Shown here: piece by piece, positions 55,106-64,000 of the stretch | Layout of the letters: every line of letters begins with the position of its first letter | Numbering within the stretch: position 1 is the first letter of the stretch | NCBI GenBank assembly: GCA_963717505.1 | Contig: OY970342.1 | Location: forward strand, 3,584,001-3,648,000 | Source: Candidatus Eiseniibacteriota bacterium | GTDB taxonomy: Bacteria > Eisenbacteria > RBG-16-71-46 | DNA: 64,000 bases | Reading direction: 5' to 3' | The notes under the pieces: generated by a model | The model's database searches: none | Told to the model about the DNA's origin: nothing | The model's input: the letters and a program-made list of their open reading frames with translations, nothing else | Program-made: the position numbers and the translations under genes

Positions 55106-56947
55106 TCAGGCCGATTCGCCGGTCACCTTGAGGACCACCAGCGTCAAGTCGTCGCTCGGTCCGTGATCGCCGCACCACTCGATGACCGAAGCCACGATGC
55201 CATCGAGAATCTCCGTGGCGCTGCGATCCGCGAGCCGTGTGACGCACTCCTCCACCCGGCCGCTGCCGAAGTGCTCTCGGTTCGCGGACTCGGCCTCGGT
55301 GACGCCGTCGGTGTACAGCACGCAGCACGTCGCCCTGGCGCAGCGCGCATCGGCCGCTCTTCGTAGTGCGCGTCGGGCAGCACGCCGAGCGCGACGCCGC
55401 CCTCTTCGAGGTATTCCACGCGGGCCGTCGCGCCGCCACAGGATCGGCGGATTGTGTCCGGCGTTGGAGAAGATGAGGACGCGGTTCCGGATGTCGAGCA
55501 ACCCGTAGAACGCGGTGACGAACTTGCCGCGGTCGGTGCTCTCGTGAAGCAGGGAGTTCACCTTGCGCATGATCGCGCGGATCGCGAACTCGTTGCGGAT
55601 CTCGGCGAGCAGGCTCATGCGAAACCCGGCCATGATCAGCGCCGCGGGGATGCCCTTGCCCGAGACGTCGGCGATCGCCAGGCCCAGGCGGGTGTCGCGA
55701 GACGCGGATGAAGTCGTAGTAGTCGCCGCCGACCTCGTCGTGCGGACGCGTCGTGCCCGCCAGGTCGAAGCCGGCGATCGCGGGCGCGCGGCCGGCAGGA
55801 ACGAGTTCTGGATGTCGCGCGCGATCGCCAGCTCCTTCTCGAGCCGGCGCGCTCGAGCAGCTCGCGCGTCAGTCGCGCGCGCTCGACCGCCACCGCGGCC
55901 TGTGCCGCGAACGCGCGCACGCATCTCGAGATGGCCCTCGTGGTAGGCGTCCTCGAGATCGCTCTCGAGGTTGAACACGCCGATCGTGCGGCCCTCGACC
56001 ACCAGCGGAGCCGCCAGCTCGCTGCGGGTCTCGACGCGCGCGACCACGTAGCGCGGGTCGCGCGCGACGTCGGGCACGATCACCGGCTCGCCGGTCTTCG
56101 CCACCCAGCCGACGATCCCCTGGCCGACCTGAAGGCGGAACGCGTCCTCCGAGCCCGCGGGGTAGCCGATCTCGCTCACCAGCTCGAGTGCTCGCGTGCT
56201 CTCGGCTCACCAGGTAGATCGCCGCGGCGTCGTAGTCGACCACCTGGCGCAGCGAGCGCAGGATGGCCTCGATGACCTCGTCCAGCTCGAGCGGCGCCGA
56301 CAGAGCGTCCGGCTGATCTCGAGCAGCACTTCCTTCTCGAGCGCGCGGCGCTCGGTCTCCTCGTAGCAGCAGCGCGTTGTCGAGCGCGAACGCGATGTGC
56401 TCCGAGGCGCGACCTCGAGCCGGTCGAAGTCGGCGTCCGTGAAGTCGCCGCCGTCACGCGTGTCGAGGCACTCGATCGCCGCCGAACGCCTGCGCCGCGC
56501 CGGAACAGCGGCACGACCAGCGCCGACGCGGAACTCGCGGCACCGCGACCGCTCAACGCCGGCCGCGCGTCGCCGGCGCCGAGGCGCAGCGGCTGCTCCG
56601 GTGGTCATCGCCCAGCCGGCCAGACCCTGACCCCGGCCGATACGAAGGTCGCGATGACCGTCGCCGCCGGCGGCGAACTCGCGCGACACCAGGCGGCTGC
56701 CGCCGCGGCGCGACGATCCAGATGCGCACGACTCGACGCCTGCACCAGCTTGCTGAGCGTGGCGGCGCGCCGCCCGCAGCAGATCGTCAAGTCGTTGAGC
56801 GTGGAGCTGCGTCGGATGTCGGGGCTCGAGCGGCGTGCGATCCAGAGGCGTCCGATCGAGCGAGACGTCCGGCGGCACCGCGGTGCCGGAGGCCGCGGCC
56901 GTAGCACGGCGCGAAATCGACGTTCGCTTGCGCGTTGCATCGACCAT
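55106..56947 (-). CDS. GAF-domain PP2C/SpoIIE (RsbU-like) phosphatase (frameshifted in this sequence)
   Basis: Two GAF-like segments (GQGLAGW, GQGIVGWVAKTGEP), VGGDYYDF, IADVSGKG, NAGHNPP, YTDGVTEA, DDLTLVV. Start approximate. Confidence 0.9.
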
Positions 56948-57039
56948 GGCCCGCACCCGTAACACACGACTGAATCTCGCCCGGCCGACTCGCCGATACA
57001 TCAGGAGTTCGCCCGCATACCCACCGGCTGGAGACGGCG

Positions 57040-59040
57040 ATGGCCAAGGACCACAAACGCCTCGGCGACCTGCTCATCGAGGCGAAGCTCATCACCGCCG
57101 CACGAGCTCGACAAGGCGCGATCCTCGAGCAGAAGAAGTCGGGACGCCTGCTCGGCTCGACCCTGGTCTCGCATGGGCTTCGTCAGCGAGCACGAGATGC
57201 TGCAGGTGCTCCAGCGTCAGCTCGGCCCTGCCCCTGGTCGATCTCACCGAAGTCGCCGTGGACGAGCAGGCGCTGACCAAGGTCCAGCGAGGACCTGGCC
57301 AAGAAGTACATGGCGCTGCCGCTCGAGGTCGAAGGCCGCCGCACCCTGGTGGTGGCGATGGCCGATCCGCTCAACGTCGCCGCCCTCGAGGACCTGCGCT
57401 TCCACGAGCGGCATGTTCATCCAGCCGGTGCTCGCGCTCCCGCGCCAGATCCTCGAGGCGATCGAGCGCTACTACCACATCGACACCTCGATGAACGAGG
57501 TGATCCGCAACATCGTGACGAAGGCCGACGACGATCGTCGTCAATCAGCTGTCCGACGACGACGAGAACGCCAAGCATCGACGAGCTGCTGGCGCGAAGT
57601 CGAGGGCCGCCCGATCGTCCGGCTCACGAACTGGCTGCTGCACCGCGCGGTCGAGGATGCGCGCGAGCGACATCCACATCGAGCCTCAGGACAAGCGACC
57701 TGGTGGTGCGCTTGCGCATCGACGGCCTGCTCCAGGAGCTGCAGCGCCTGCCCAAGTGGACCCAGAGCGCGCTGGTGTCGCGCATCAAGGTGCTCTCGAA
57801 CCTCGACATCGCCGAGAAGCGCCAGCCGCAGGACGGCCGGCTGGTGGTCGAGATCGGCGGACGCCGCGTCGACATGCGCGTCTCGACCCTGCCGATCACC
57901 AACGGCGAGAAGGTCGTGATCCGCGTCGTCGATCAGCGCAGCTCGATCGCTCAGGCTCGAGGACATCGGCTTCGCCGACGACGACCTGGCGCGCGTTCAA
58001 GCGCGTTCCTCGACCGCCCGCAGGGCATCGTGCTGGTCACCGGTCCGACCGGCTCCGGCAAGTCGACGCTGCTCTACGCCGGGCTGCGCTACATCCAGCA
58101 CGTGACCAAGAACATCGTGACCGTCGAGGACCCGGTCGAGTGCCAGATGCCGGGGCATCAACCAGGTCCAGGTCGACGAGAAGGCCAAGAAGACTTTCGC
58201 CAGCCGCGCTGCGCGCCATCCTGCGCCAGGACCCCGACGTGATCATGATCGGCGAGATCCGCGACACGCGAGACCGCGCAGATCGCGTTCCGCGCCTCGG
58301 TCACCGGACACCTGGTGCTGACGCACGGTGCACACCAACGACGCCGCCAGCGCCGTGACGCGCCTGATCGACCTCGGCCTCGAGCCGTTCATGGTCGCCT
58401 CCTCGCTGATCGGCGTGGTCAGCATGCGCCTGGTGCGCACGCTGTGCCCGCAATGCCGCGAGCCCTACGAGGCCGACGCCGCCACCCTCAACCGCTTCAG
58501 CTGGGCCGCGAACGCCGAGGGCACGGTGACGCTCTACCGCGGCCGCGGCTGCTCCCACTGCCACGACACCGGCTATCGGGGTCGCACCGGCATCTTCGAG
58601 GTGCTCGACGTCGACGACACGTGCGCGCGCTGGTCGCAGAACGCGCGCCAACGACACGGCGATCCGCCAGGCGGCGCTCGAGAACGGCATGCACTCGATC
58701 GGCGAGGACGGCCTGCAGCAAGGTGCTCGCCGGCATGCACCACGCTCGACGAGGTCACGCGCGTGGTCTACCTGGCCGAGCAGGCCGGCAAGGTGTGCCC
58801 GTCGTGCAGCGACGGTGCTGAACCAGGAGTTCGAGTACTGCCCGAGCTGCGGCGACTTCGTCGGCGAGCACTGCCGAGCGCTGCCGCCGGCGCATGAGCG
58901 CGGCGTGGACGTTCTGCCCCCACTGCGGCATGGAGTCACGCCCCGAGGAGTCGAGCGGTGGGTCGGGCGGGGAACCCGCCACGAAGCTCGAGCGCCGCGG
59001 TCGCTCGCGGGGCGACGAGGATCTGCGCAAGGCCTCCTGA
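57040..59040 (+). CDS. PilB/GspE-family assembly ATPase with MshEN domain and C-terminal double zinc ribbon (frameshifted in this sequence)
   Basis: RLGDLLIE, ASDIHIEP, LDIAEKRQPQDG, GPTGSGKST, VEDPVE, LRQDPDVIMIGEIRD, HTND, GYRGRTGIFE. Tail CPSC..CPSC..C..C..CPHC. Confidence 0.92.
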
Positions 59041-59094
59041 CGGCTTGCCGCAGCCCGGCTTCCGGGCGGCGCGCGCACCCCTTAGTATCCGGTC

Positions 59095-59910
59095 GTGAAG
59101 CGGATCGCCATCGCGGCAGCCTTGCTCGTGGTCGCGGTTCTCGTTTGGCGCAGCCAGCTCGTTCACGTGAGCGGGTCCGAGCCGAAACCACTCGCCACCA
59201 TCCCGGCCCGCGAGCGCGCGCCGGTCGCGTTCGACGTGGCGCTGCCGGCGGTGCCGGTGGGTGTCGCCCGCGTCCGCGGCGGCCAAGGTGCGGTGCTCAT
59301 CCACTACTGGGCGCCGTGGGAGCCGAACGCGCGGGAGCAGATCCGCCACCTCGACTCGCTCGCCCGCGCGTTCGACTCGGATTCTCTCGAGGTGGTCGTG
59401 GTGTGCTTCGACCCCTACCCTTCGGTGGCGCGCTTCGTCGCGCGGCAACGCATCCGGACGCGGGTGCTGCTCGACCACCAGCGGGTACTCGCGGCAGTCC
59501 TGCCCTGCCCTGTGCTGCCGTTCACTTACGTGATCGATGCCGCAGGACGCGTGGCGGCGTCTCAGCCGGGCCCGGTCGACTGGCTCGCCGCTCCGACGCG
59601 GGACGCGCTCCAGGAGTTGCTGCGCGAGACTCCTGCCGAGCGGCTACGGACTCCCGGGCCGAGCCCCACCGACCCCGTGAGCGCGCAACCAGGTCGCGAG
59701 CGCGACGTCGTACGCCGCCCAATCCACGTTGGCCGACTCGACGTGGCCGGCGGACGGGACGCGATGGAGCGTGAACCGGTCGGGTCGCGCGGCCGCGAAA
59801 CGCTCGCTGACCTCGATCGGCACCGTCTCGTCGGCATCGCCATGAATGAGCAGCATCGGCGTCGTGAAGCGGTCGGCGTAGCGAACCTGAACCAGATCTT
59901 CCCAACGTAG
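59095..59910 (+). CDS. Membrane-anchored TlpA/ResA-like thioredoxin-fold protein lacking CxxC
   Basis: VLIHYWAPWEPNA, VLLD, LPFTYVIDAAGRV, GPVDW. The 3' end is uncertain because the ORF overlaps the convergent hydrolase by about 265 nt. Confidence 0.75.
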   Translation: MKRIAIAAALLVVAVLVWRSQLVHVSGSEPKPLATIPARERAPVAFDVALPAVPVGVARVRGGQGAVLIHYWAPWEPNAREQIRHLDSLARAFDSDSLEVVVVCFDPYPSVARFVARQRIRTRVLLDHQRVLAAVLPCPVLPFTYVIDAAGRVAASQPGPVDWLAAPTRDALQELLRETPAERLRTPGPSPTDPVSAQPGRERDVVRRPIHVGRLDVAGGRDAMEREPVGSRGRETLADLDRHRLVGIAMNEQHRRREAVGVANLNQIFPT

Positions 59911-60768
59911 CCCGCTGCGCAGGGACGCCACCGTCTTCCCCCATTCGGTGATCACCGGCGGAACGCCGCGCTGTTCGCCGGCCAAGGCGAGGACCGCGTT
60001 CCAGTCGAGCGCGGGTGCGTCGAGCACCGCGGCGCACGCCAGGTCGCGGATCTCGGATCGGCGCAGGAACTGGGCGACGATGCCCCCGCCCATGCTGCAG
60101 CCGACCAGGACCACGCGTTTCGCTCCGTGGTCGCGCGCGAACCGCACCGCGTCTTCCAAGTCGAGCCACTCGGTCGCTCCCAGGCGGTAGCGGCCGCCCG
60201 CCACCTGCGGCGCTCCCTCGTCGTTCCGATAGGAGACGATCAGGCACGGCAGACCGAGCGAGAGGTAGGTCGGAAGCATGCGCAGCACTTCGGCGCGCGT
60301 CGCTCCGCGTCCGTGAAAGAAGAGCGCCCAGGTCGAGTCGGTCCCGGGGATCCGCCACGCCGGCAGTCGACCGACCCGCGAGGGAACCTCGACCTCCTCG
60401 AAGTCGACGCCGAGCCAGTGGCGCGGATCGGCGTCGCGCGCGAATCCGGCGAGTCTCGCGAACGAGTCGGGCGGCGTGCCGAAGCGCAGGCGGAATCGAG
60501 TGACGACTTGGGCGTCGGCGACCGTGATCAGCGGACCGATCGCGCCGTAGCCGCCGTCCCACTCGATCGCCCAGTCCCCCGGGCGTCGGGCTTTATCGGT
60601 CGGCGCGAGCACGATCGTCGAATCCGTGACGCCGAGCACGACCTGGCTGTTGCGTGCCGGCTGCGTATCGGGTCCGAGGATCTCGTTCGAGTAGTGCCAG
60701 CCCACTCCCGACGCCGCGATCAGCAGCAGAACCGTCAGGATCAAGAGCACAACACGTAAACGTCGCAT
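59644..60768 (-). CDS. Exported alpha/beta hydrolase
   Basis: N-terminal TM or signal, FFHGRG, GCSMGG nucleophile elbow, LIHGDADETVP, AGHVES. Confidence 0.9.
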   Translation of the reverse strand: MRRLRVVLLILTVLLLIAASGVGWHYSNEILGPDTQPARNSQVVLGVTDSTIVLAPTDKARRPGDWAIEWDGGYGAIGPLITVADAQVVTRFRLRFGTPPDSFARLAGFARDADPRHWLGVDFEEVEVPSRVGRLPAWRIPGTDSTWALFFHGRGATRAEVLRMLPTYLSLGLPCLIVSYRNDEGAPQVAGGRYRLGATEWLDLEDAVRFARDHGAKRVVLVGCSMGGGIVAQFLRRSEIRDLACAAVLDAPALDWNAVLALAGEQRGVPPVITEWGKTVASLRSGLRWEDLVQVRYADRFTTPMLLIHGDADETVPIEVSERFAAARPDRFTLHRVPSAGHVESANVDWAAYDVALATWLRAHGVGGARPGSP

Positions 60769-60956
60769 CACGACCCCCCGGTGACGCCGCCAGCATACCG
60801 ACATGGGTGCAGGACGCACGACCGACTCGGGGACCGGGGGAAAACCGGGGTACTTCCCCCAATCACAGAAGTCCGCGCCCCCCGGCCGAATCGCGCCGGG
60901 GATCCGAAGACTCCAAAGGCCATGCATTCCGTGCCGCAGCATGGGAGTTCGGAAAG

Positions 60957-61460
60957 ATGGACTGGGGAGCCGTGTTGGCGTGGGCCGGCGGCATCGCCTC
61001 GACGGTGATGGTTCTGCTGCTGCGGGCGCACATCGAAGCCCGCAAGGAGGAGCGTCGGACGCGACGAACGTCGAGCTTCATGGATCGGCAGCGGCGCATC
61101 GACACCGATCGCGCGATCTACCAGCGACGGCTCACCACGCTCGTGCGCTCGAATCTGGCGGCGTACATTCGCACGGGAAGCTGGCGCGTACACGAAGCCA
61201 ACCTGGTGCAGAACCTCGAGCATGGAGCCTACGAGGACTTCGTCGACCCCGAGGTCAACGCGGCGTGGCTGCTGCTGATCGCCAAGAGCGTCGAGCTCGC
61301 CAGGAAGCGAAAGGCCGGGACCATCGGCCCGGCGGACATCGAGGACTACAACGTCGTGTACCGATCGTGGGAGGATGCCGCCCATCGGTCGTTCGGACCG
61401 TTGCCGGAAACGGGACACGCGGAACACGGGAACCAGTCCGAGCGTTCGGATGTCGCATGA
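60957..61460 (+). CDS. Hypothetical protein with N-terminal TM helix
   Basis: MDWGAVLAWAGGIASTVMVLLL followed by a charged helical region. Codon pattern resembles neighbouring genes. Confidence 0.6.
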   Translation: MDWGAVLAWAGGIASTVMVLLLRAHIEARKEERRTRRTSSFMDRQRRIDTDRAIYQRRLTTLVRSNLAAYIRTGSWRVHEANLVQNLEHGAYEDFVDPEVNAAWLLLIAKSVELARKRKAGTIGPADIEDYNVVYRSWEDAAHRSFGPLPETGHAEHGNQSERSDVA

Positions 61461-61491
61461 GCCCGGAGTCGGGCCTTCCAAAGGAGGGAAC

Positions 61492-62034
61492 ATGGATACG
61501 GCTGGCGGACCGACTCCGATCGGTGGCACCAAACCCTGCCCCGCCTGCGGCGAAGCCATTCAGGCGAACGCGCTCAAGTGCCGCTTCTGCGGTGAGGACA
61601 TCGAGGCGTTCGTCGCCAAACGCAGGAGCGAAGTCGAGCAATCGTTGTTCGCCGGCCACCCGGCGGCGCTCTACTCGGTCGGGCGCTGGGCCCTGACCCT
61701 CGTGACGCTCGGAATCGCCGGGCTGTTCTACTGGATCGCCAGCCGTTCGACCCGGTTCGAAATCACCACTCAGCGGGTGCGGATCGAGCGCGGGCTGTTC
61801 TCGCGCTCCCGGCAGGACACCGAGCTCTACCGGATCGACGACATCGTGCTCGAGCAGCCGTTCGGCATGCGATTGCTCGGCCACGCGATCCTCTACCTGC
61901 GTTCGACCGATCGCAGCACGCCCGACGTCCGGCTCTACGGCGTTCCAGGCCTCGGAACGATCGGCGACACGCTGCGCGAGTGCTCGCTTCGGGAGCGGGA
62001 ACGTCGCGGCGTCCGGGTGTGGACCAAGGCCTGA
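61492..62034 (+). CDS. Bacterial PH-domain (bPH_2-like) membrane protein with N-terminal zinc ribbon
   Basis: AAGGAGG RBS. CPACGE...CRFCGE, hydrophobic segment, FEITTQRVRIERGLFSR...ELYRIDD...Q. Confidence 0.85.
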   Translation: MDTAGGPTPIGGTKPCPACGEAIQANALKCRFCGEDIEAFVAKRRSEVEQSLFAGHPAALYSVGRWALTLVTLGIAGLFYWIASRSTRFEITTQRVRIERGLFSRSRQDTELYRIDDIVLEQPFGMRLLGHAILYLRSTDRSTPDVRLYGVPGLGTIGDTLRECSLRERERRGVRVWTKA

Positions 62035-62045
62035 ACCCATTCGAT

Positions 62046-62073
62046 CGGGGCGGCCCCCGGAGGAGCCGCCCCG
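62046..62073. terminator. Hairpin between convergent genes
   Basis: cggggcggc-N10-gccgccccg inverted repeat just after the PH-gene stop. Confidence 0.5.
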
Positions 62074-62127
62074 CTGGTGTGTGACTTCGCCCTAGATGCT
62101 CTTCGCTTCGCTAGCAACTGCCGCGAA

Positions 62128-62766
62128 TCAACCCTTTCGGACGGCAACGCTCTCGCTGATTACGAACTTCATGACCGTCCCGTTCTCGAGCACCACCTGA
62201 TATCCCTTGGACGCGGCCACGGCGCCGGCGCCGATCGCGCCGCCGATCACCGCGCCGGTGCCCGGCTTGTCGTCGATCGCCTCGCCGAGGATCGCGCCCG
62301 CAGCCGCGCCACCTGCAATTGCGCCAAGGTTGCGCGCGCGCGGGGAGCCGGCAATGACTGGCTGGGCACTCGCGTGCAGCGAGGTCTTGTGGTCGCCAAC
62401 CCGAATCGACCTCACCCCGAGTTCCAGCCGTGCCCGGCTCCCGCGCTGCGCCTCTTCGGTCGCCACGACGACGCCTTCGACGATCGCGCCTTGTGGGATG
62501 GCCTCCTCCCCATCGATCACCACCGGGTTCACGACGACGCCTTGCCACCCGTCGCCGCGTCGCGCGGTTTCGGACGACAGCGTTTCGTCCAACCGCACGC
62601 TCAGCGACGCGCCGACCGGCACCTGGACGTGCGCCCCGGCGAACAGCCCCAGGAATCCTCGTTTCCCGCTATTCGACGCTGGACTATCGTCGGTTGCTCG
62701 GCAGCCCACGGCGGCGAGGACAACCAGCGCCAGGGCGGTCAGGCAATGCCAACGGATTCGTCTCAT
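62128..62766 (-). CDS. Lipoprotein with glycine-zipper motif
   Basis: AAGGAG RBS, lipobox AAVGC, VPVGASLSVRLDETLSS, IAGGAAAGAILG...GAVIGGAIGAG. Confidence 0.8.
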   Translation of the reverse strand: MRRIRWHCLTALALVVLAAVGCRATDDSPASNSGKRGFLGLFAGAHVQVPVGASLSVRLDETLSSETARRGDGWQGVVVNPVVIDGEEAIPQGAIVEGVVVATEEAQRGSRARLELGVRSIRVGDHKTSLHASAQPVIAGSPRARNLGAIAGGAAAGAILGEAIDDKPGTGAVIGGAIGAGAVAASKGYQVVLENGTVMKFVISESVAVRKG

Positions 62767-62860
62767 GTCGTTCTCCTTTCGAGGGGTCGGTTGCGCGCTC
62801 GCACGCTCGACTCGCAGTCGCCAACCCTCTCGCGAGCGCGCAACCTCAGTGGCGGCCGGT

Positions 62861-62875
62861 GCACTGGACGTGCCA
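62861..62875 (-). promoter_or_regulatory. Possible sigma54-type promoter of the lipoprotein gene
   Basis: Minus strand TGGCAC-GTCCA-GTGC (one mismatch to consensus), about 95 nt upstream of the ATG. Confidence 0.45.
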
Positions 62876-63047
62876 GCGCCAAGTCGTTGAAAGAACGTGG
62901 CGCGAGCGAGCGGAGATTCCCCAGAGTTGTAAGAGCTGGATCGATGGCGTGTAGCGGGTACAAAAGGGCAGCCTCGGGAGGTCCATGGATGGCCCCGGCT
63001 CCACCGAATTCGGGCGCTCGACGAACGAGCGGGCAAGGAGCGCTGGA

Positions 63048-63365
63048 GTGAGATCACGCAACGCGACCGCGTGGCACGTCTACATGGTCCGGACTCGCGA
63101 CGGCGACCTCTACACCGGGATCGCCACCGATGTCGCGCGGCGCCTGGCCGAGCATCGAGCCGGCAAGGGCCGGGGATCTCGCTTCTTGCGCGGCCGTGCG
63201 CCGCTGGAGGTCGTCTACGTCCGCAAGCTCGGAGAGCGCGGCCTCGCACTGCGCGTCGAGTGGCGCCTCAAGCGGCGCCCGCGGCCCGAAAAACAGGCGA
63301 TCGCCGAGGGTCGATGGACCAAGCGCTCCCTGCTTCGAAGGTTGGGAATTCCCGGGTCGCGGTGA
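63048..63365 (+). CDS. GIY-YIG nuclease (YhbQ/UPF0213 family)
   Basis: WHVYMVRTRDGDLYTGIATDVARRLAEH...GSRFLRGRAPL...ALRVEWRLK. Confidence 0.9.
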   Translation: MRSRNATAWHVYMVRTRDGDLYTGIATDVARRLAEHRAGKGRGSRFLRGRAPLEVVYVRKLGERGLALRVEWRLKRRPRPEKQAIAEGRWTKRSLLRRLGIPGSR

Positions 63366-63371
63366 AGGACG

Positions 63372-64000
63372 TCAGCGGGCGGCCGCCGAGAACTTCACCG
63401 CACCACTCTCGGGGGCGTCCGGCTGGACCACGACCGCGCACTGGATGCGCGCCGGGTCGCCGAGCACCAGCGGCGGCAGCTGGCGCATGATCGTGGCCGC
63501 GATCGCGTTGGCGGCATCGGCGCTGCGCGCGGTGATCGCGACCCGGATCGGGCGGGTCGGCTCCACCGACTGATTGAGCCAGGTCGCAACCTCGCTCACC
63601 GCGGGAGCCGGCGCGGACGCAGGGATGGAGCCGATCGCGGCCGGGCTGGACGGCGGCGCCAGCATCGCACCCGAGCAGACCAGCACCGGGCCCGCGGGCG
63701 TAGTCATGCGGTAGGCGTTGAGCTGGAATCCCTCGCCGACGAAGTTTCGCTTGTTGCCGGCGCGATCGAAGGCTTCGAAAACGTACGAGTAACGCAGGCC
63801 CGGCGTCGCCGGCTCGCCCTGTGCCGAGCGTCCGTCCCAGACGATCTCTTTCGGCGGGTCGCCCTTTCCCTGGAACGTGGTCAACGCTTCGCCGCGCGCG
63901 TTGGCCACGATGAGCTTCCAGCGTTCGACGCCTTCGACCTGGGGCCGAAAGCGGGCGACCGCGCCGGGTACGAACTCGCCGAGCCACGGCCGGGCGACGA
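63372..64000 (-). CDS. Protein with FlgD-Ig-like domain, 3' part (5' end outside the window)
   Basis: WKLIVANARGE...IVWDGRSAQGE...YSYVFEAFDRAGN. Confidence 0.65.
   Translation of the reverse strand, partial: VARPWLGEFVPGAVARFRPQVEGVERWKLIVANARGEALTTFQGKGDPPKEIVWDGRSAQGEPATPGLRYSYVFEAFDRAGNKRNFVGEGFQLNAYRMTTPAGPVLVCSGAMLAPPSSPAAIGSIPASAPAPAVSEVATWLNQSVEPTRPIRVAITARSADAANAIAATIMRQLPPLVLGDPARIQCAVVVQPDAPESGAVKFSAAAR

Noticed and set aside
63048-63365. Homing endonuclease or mobile element
   Set aside because: It is a short stand-alone YhbQ-type GIY-YIG protein with no intron, intein or flanking repeats.

Overview
High-GC (roughly 70% by eye), diderm bacterial chromosome segment made up almost entirely of core genes. 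These include uvrC, xerD, rpsT, dapF-dapA-dapB, xerC-topA-smg-secA, a cold-shock gene, purN-purC-purH-guaA, comEC, a LysM lytic transglycosylase, two tandem glgC paralogues, trpS-scpA-scpB-rluB and an orphan PilB/GspE ATPase. A PorV-like barrel and a protein with a T9SS/FlgD-like C-terminus suggest an FCB-related lineage such as Ca. Eisenbacteria (inference only). Several blocks (about 1.8-7.8, 14.4-23, 43.8-47.7, 51-54.3 and 55.3-58.9 kb) are full of single-base indels that also break essential genes. I treat these as long-read or assembly errors and stitched those genes across frames, so their boundaries are approximate. The best-supported hidden feature is a selenoprotein that the ORF track splits: a BCP/PrxQ peroxiredoxin (54598-55095) whose peroxidatic position is an in-frame TGA, followed immediately by a hairpin with bacterial SECIS geometry. 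Other candidates are a coupled beta-CASP nuclease / SNF2 ATPase / Zn-finger trio, a peptidase-propeller-Omp85 fusion next to a probable secreted cargo, a pseudo-PP2C-PEGA membrane protein, a possibly regulatory GlgC paralogue, a 30-bp repeat coupled to a GH57 gene, and a structured intergenic region at about 49.56-49.86 kb. No CRISPR array, tRNA, rRNA or mobile element was found.
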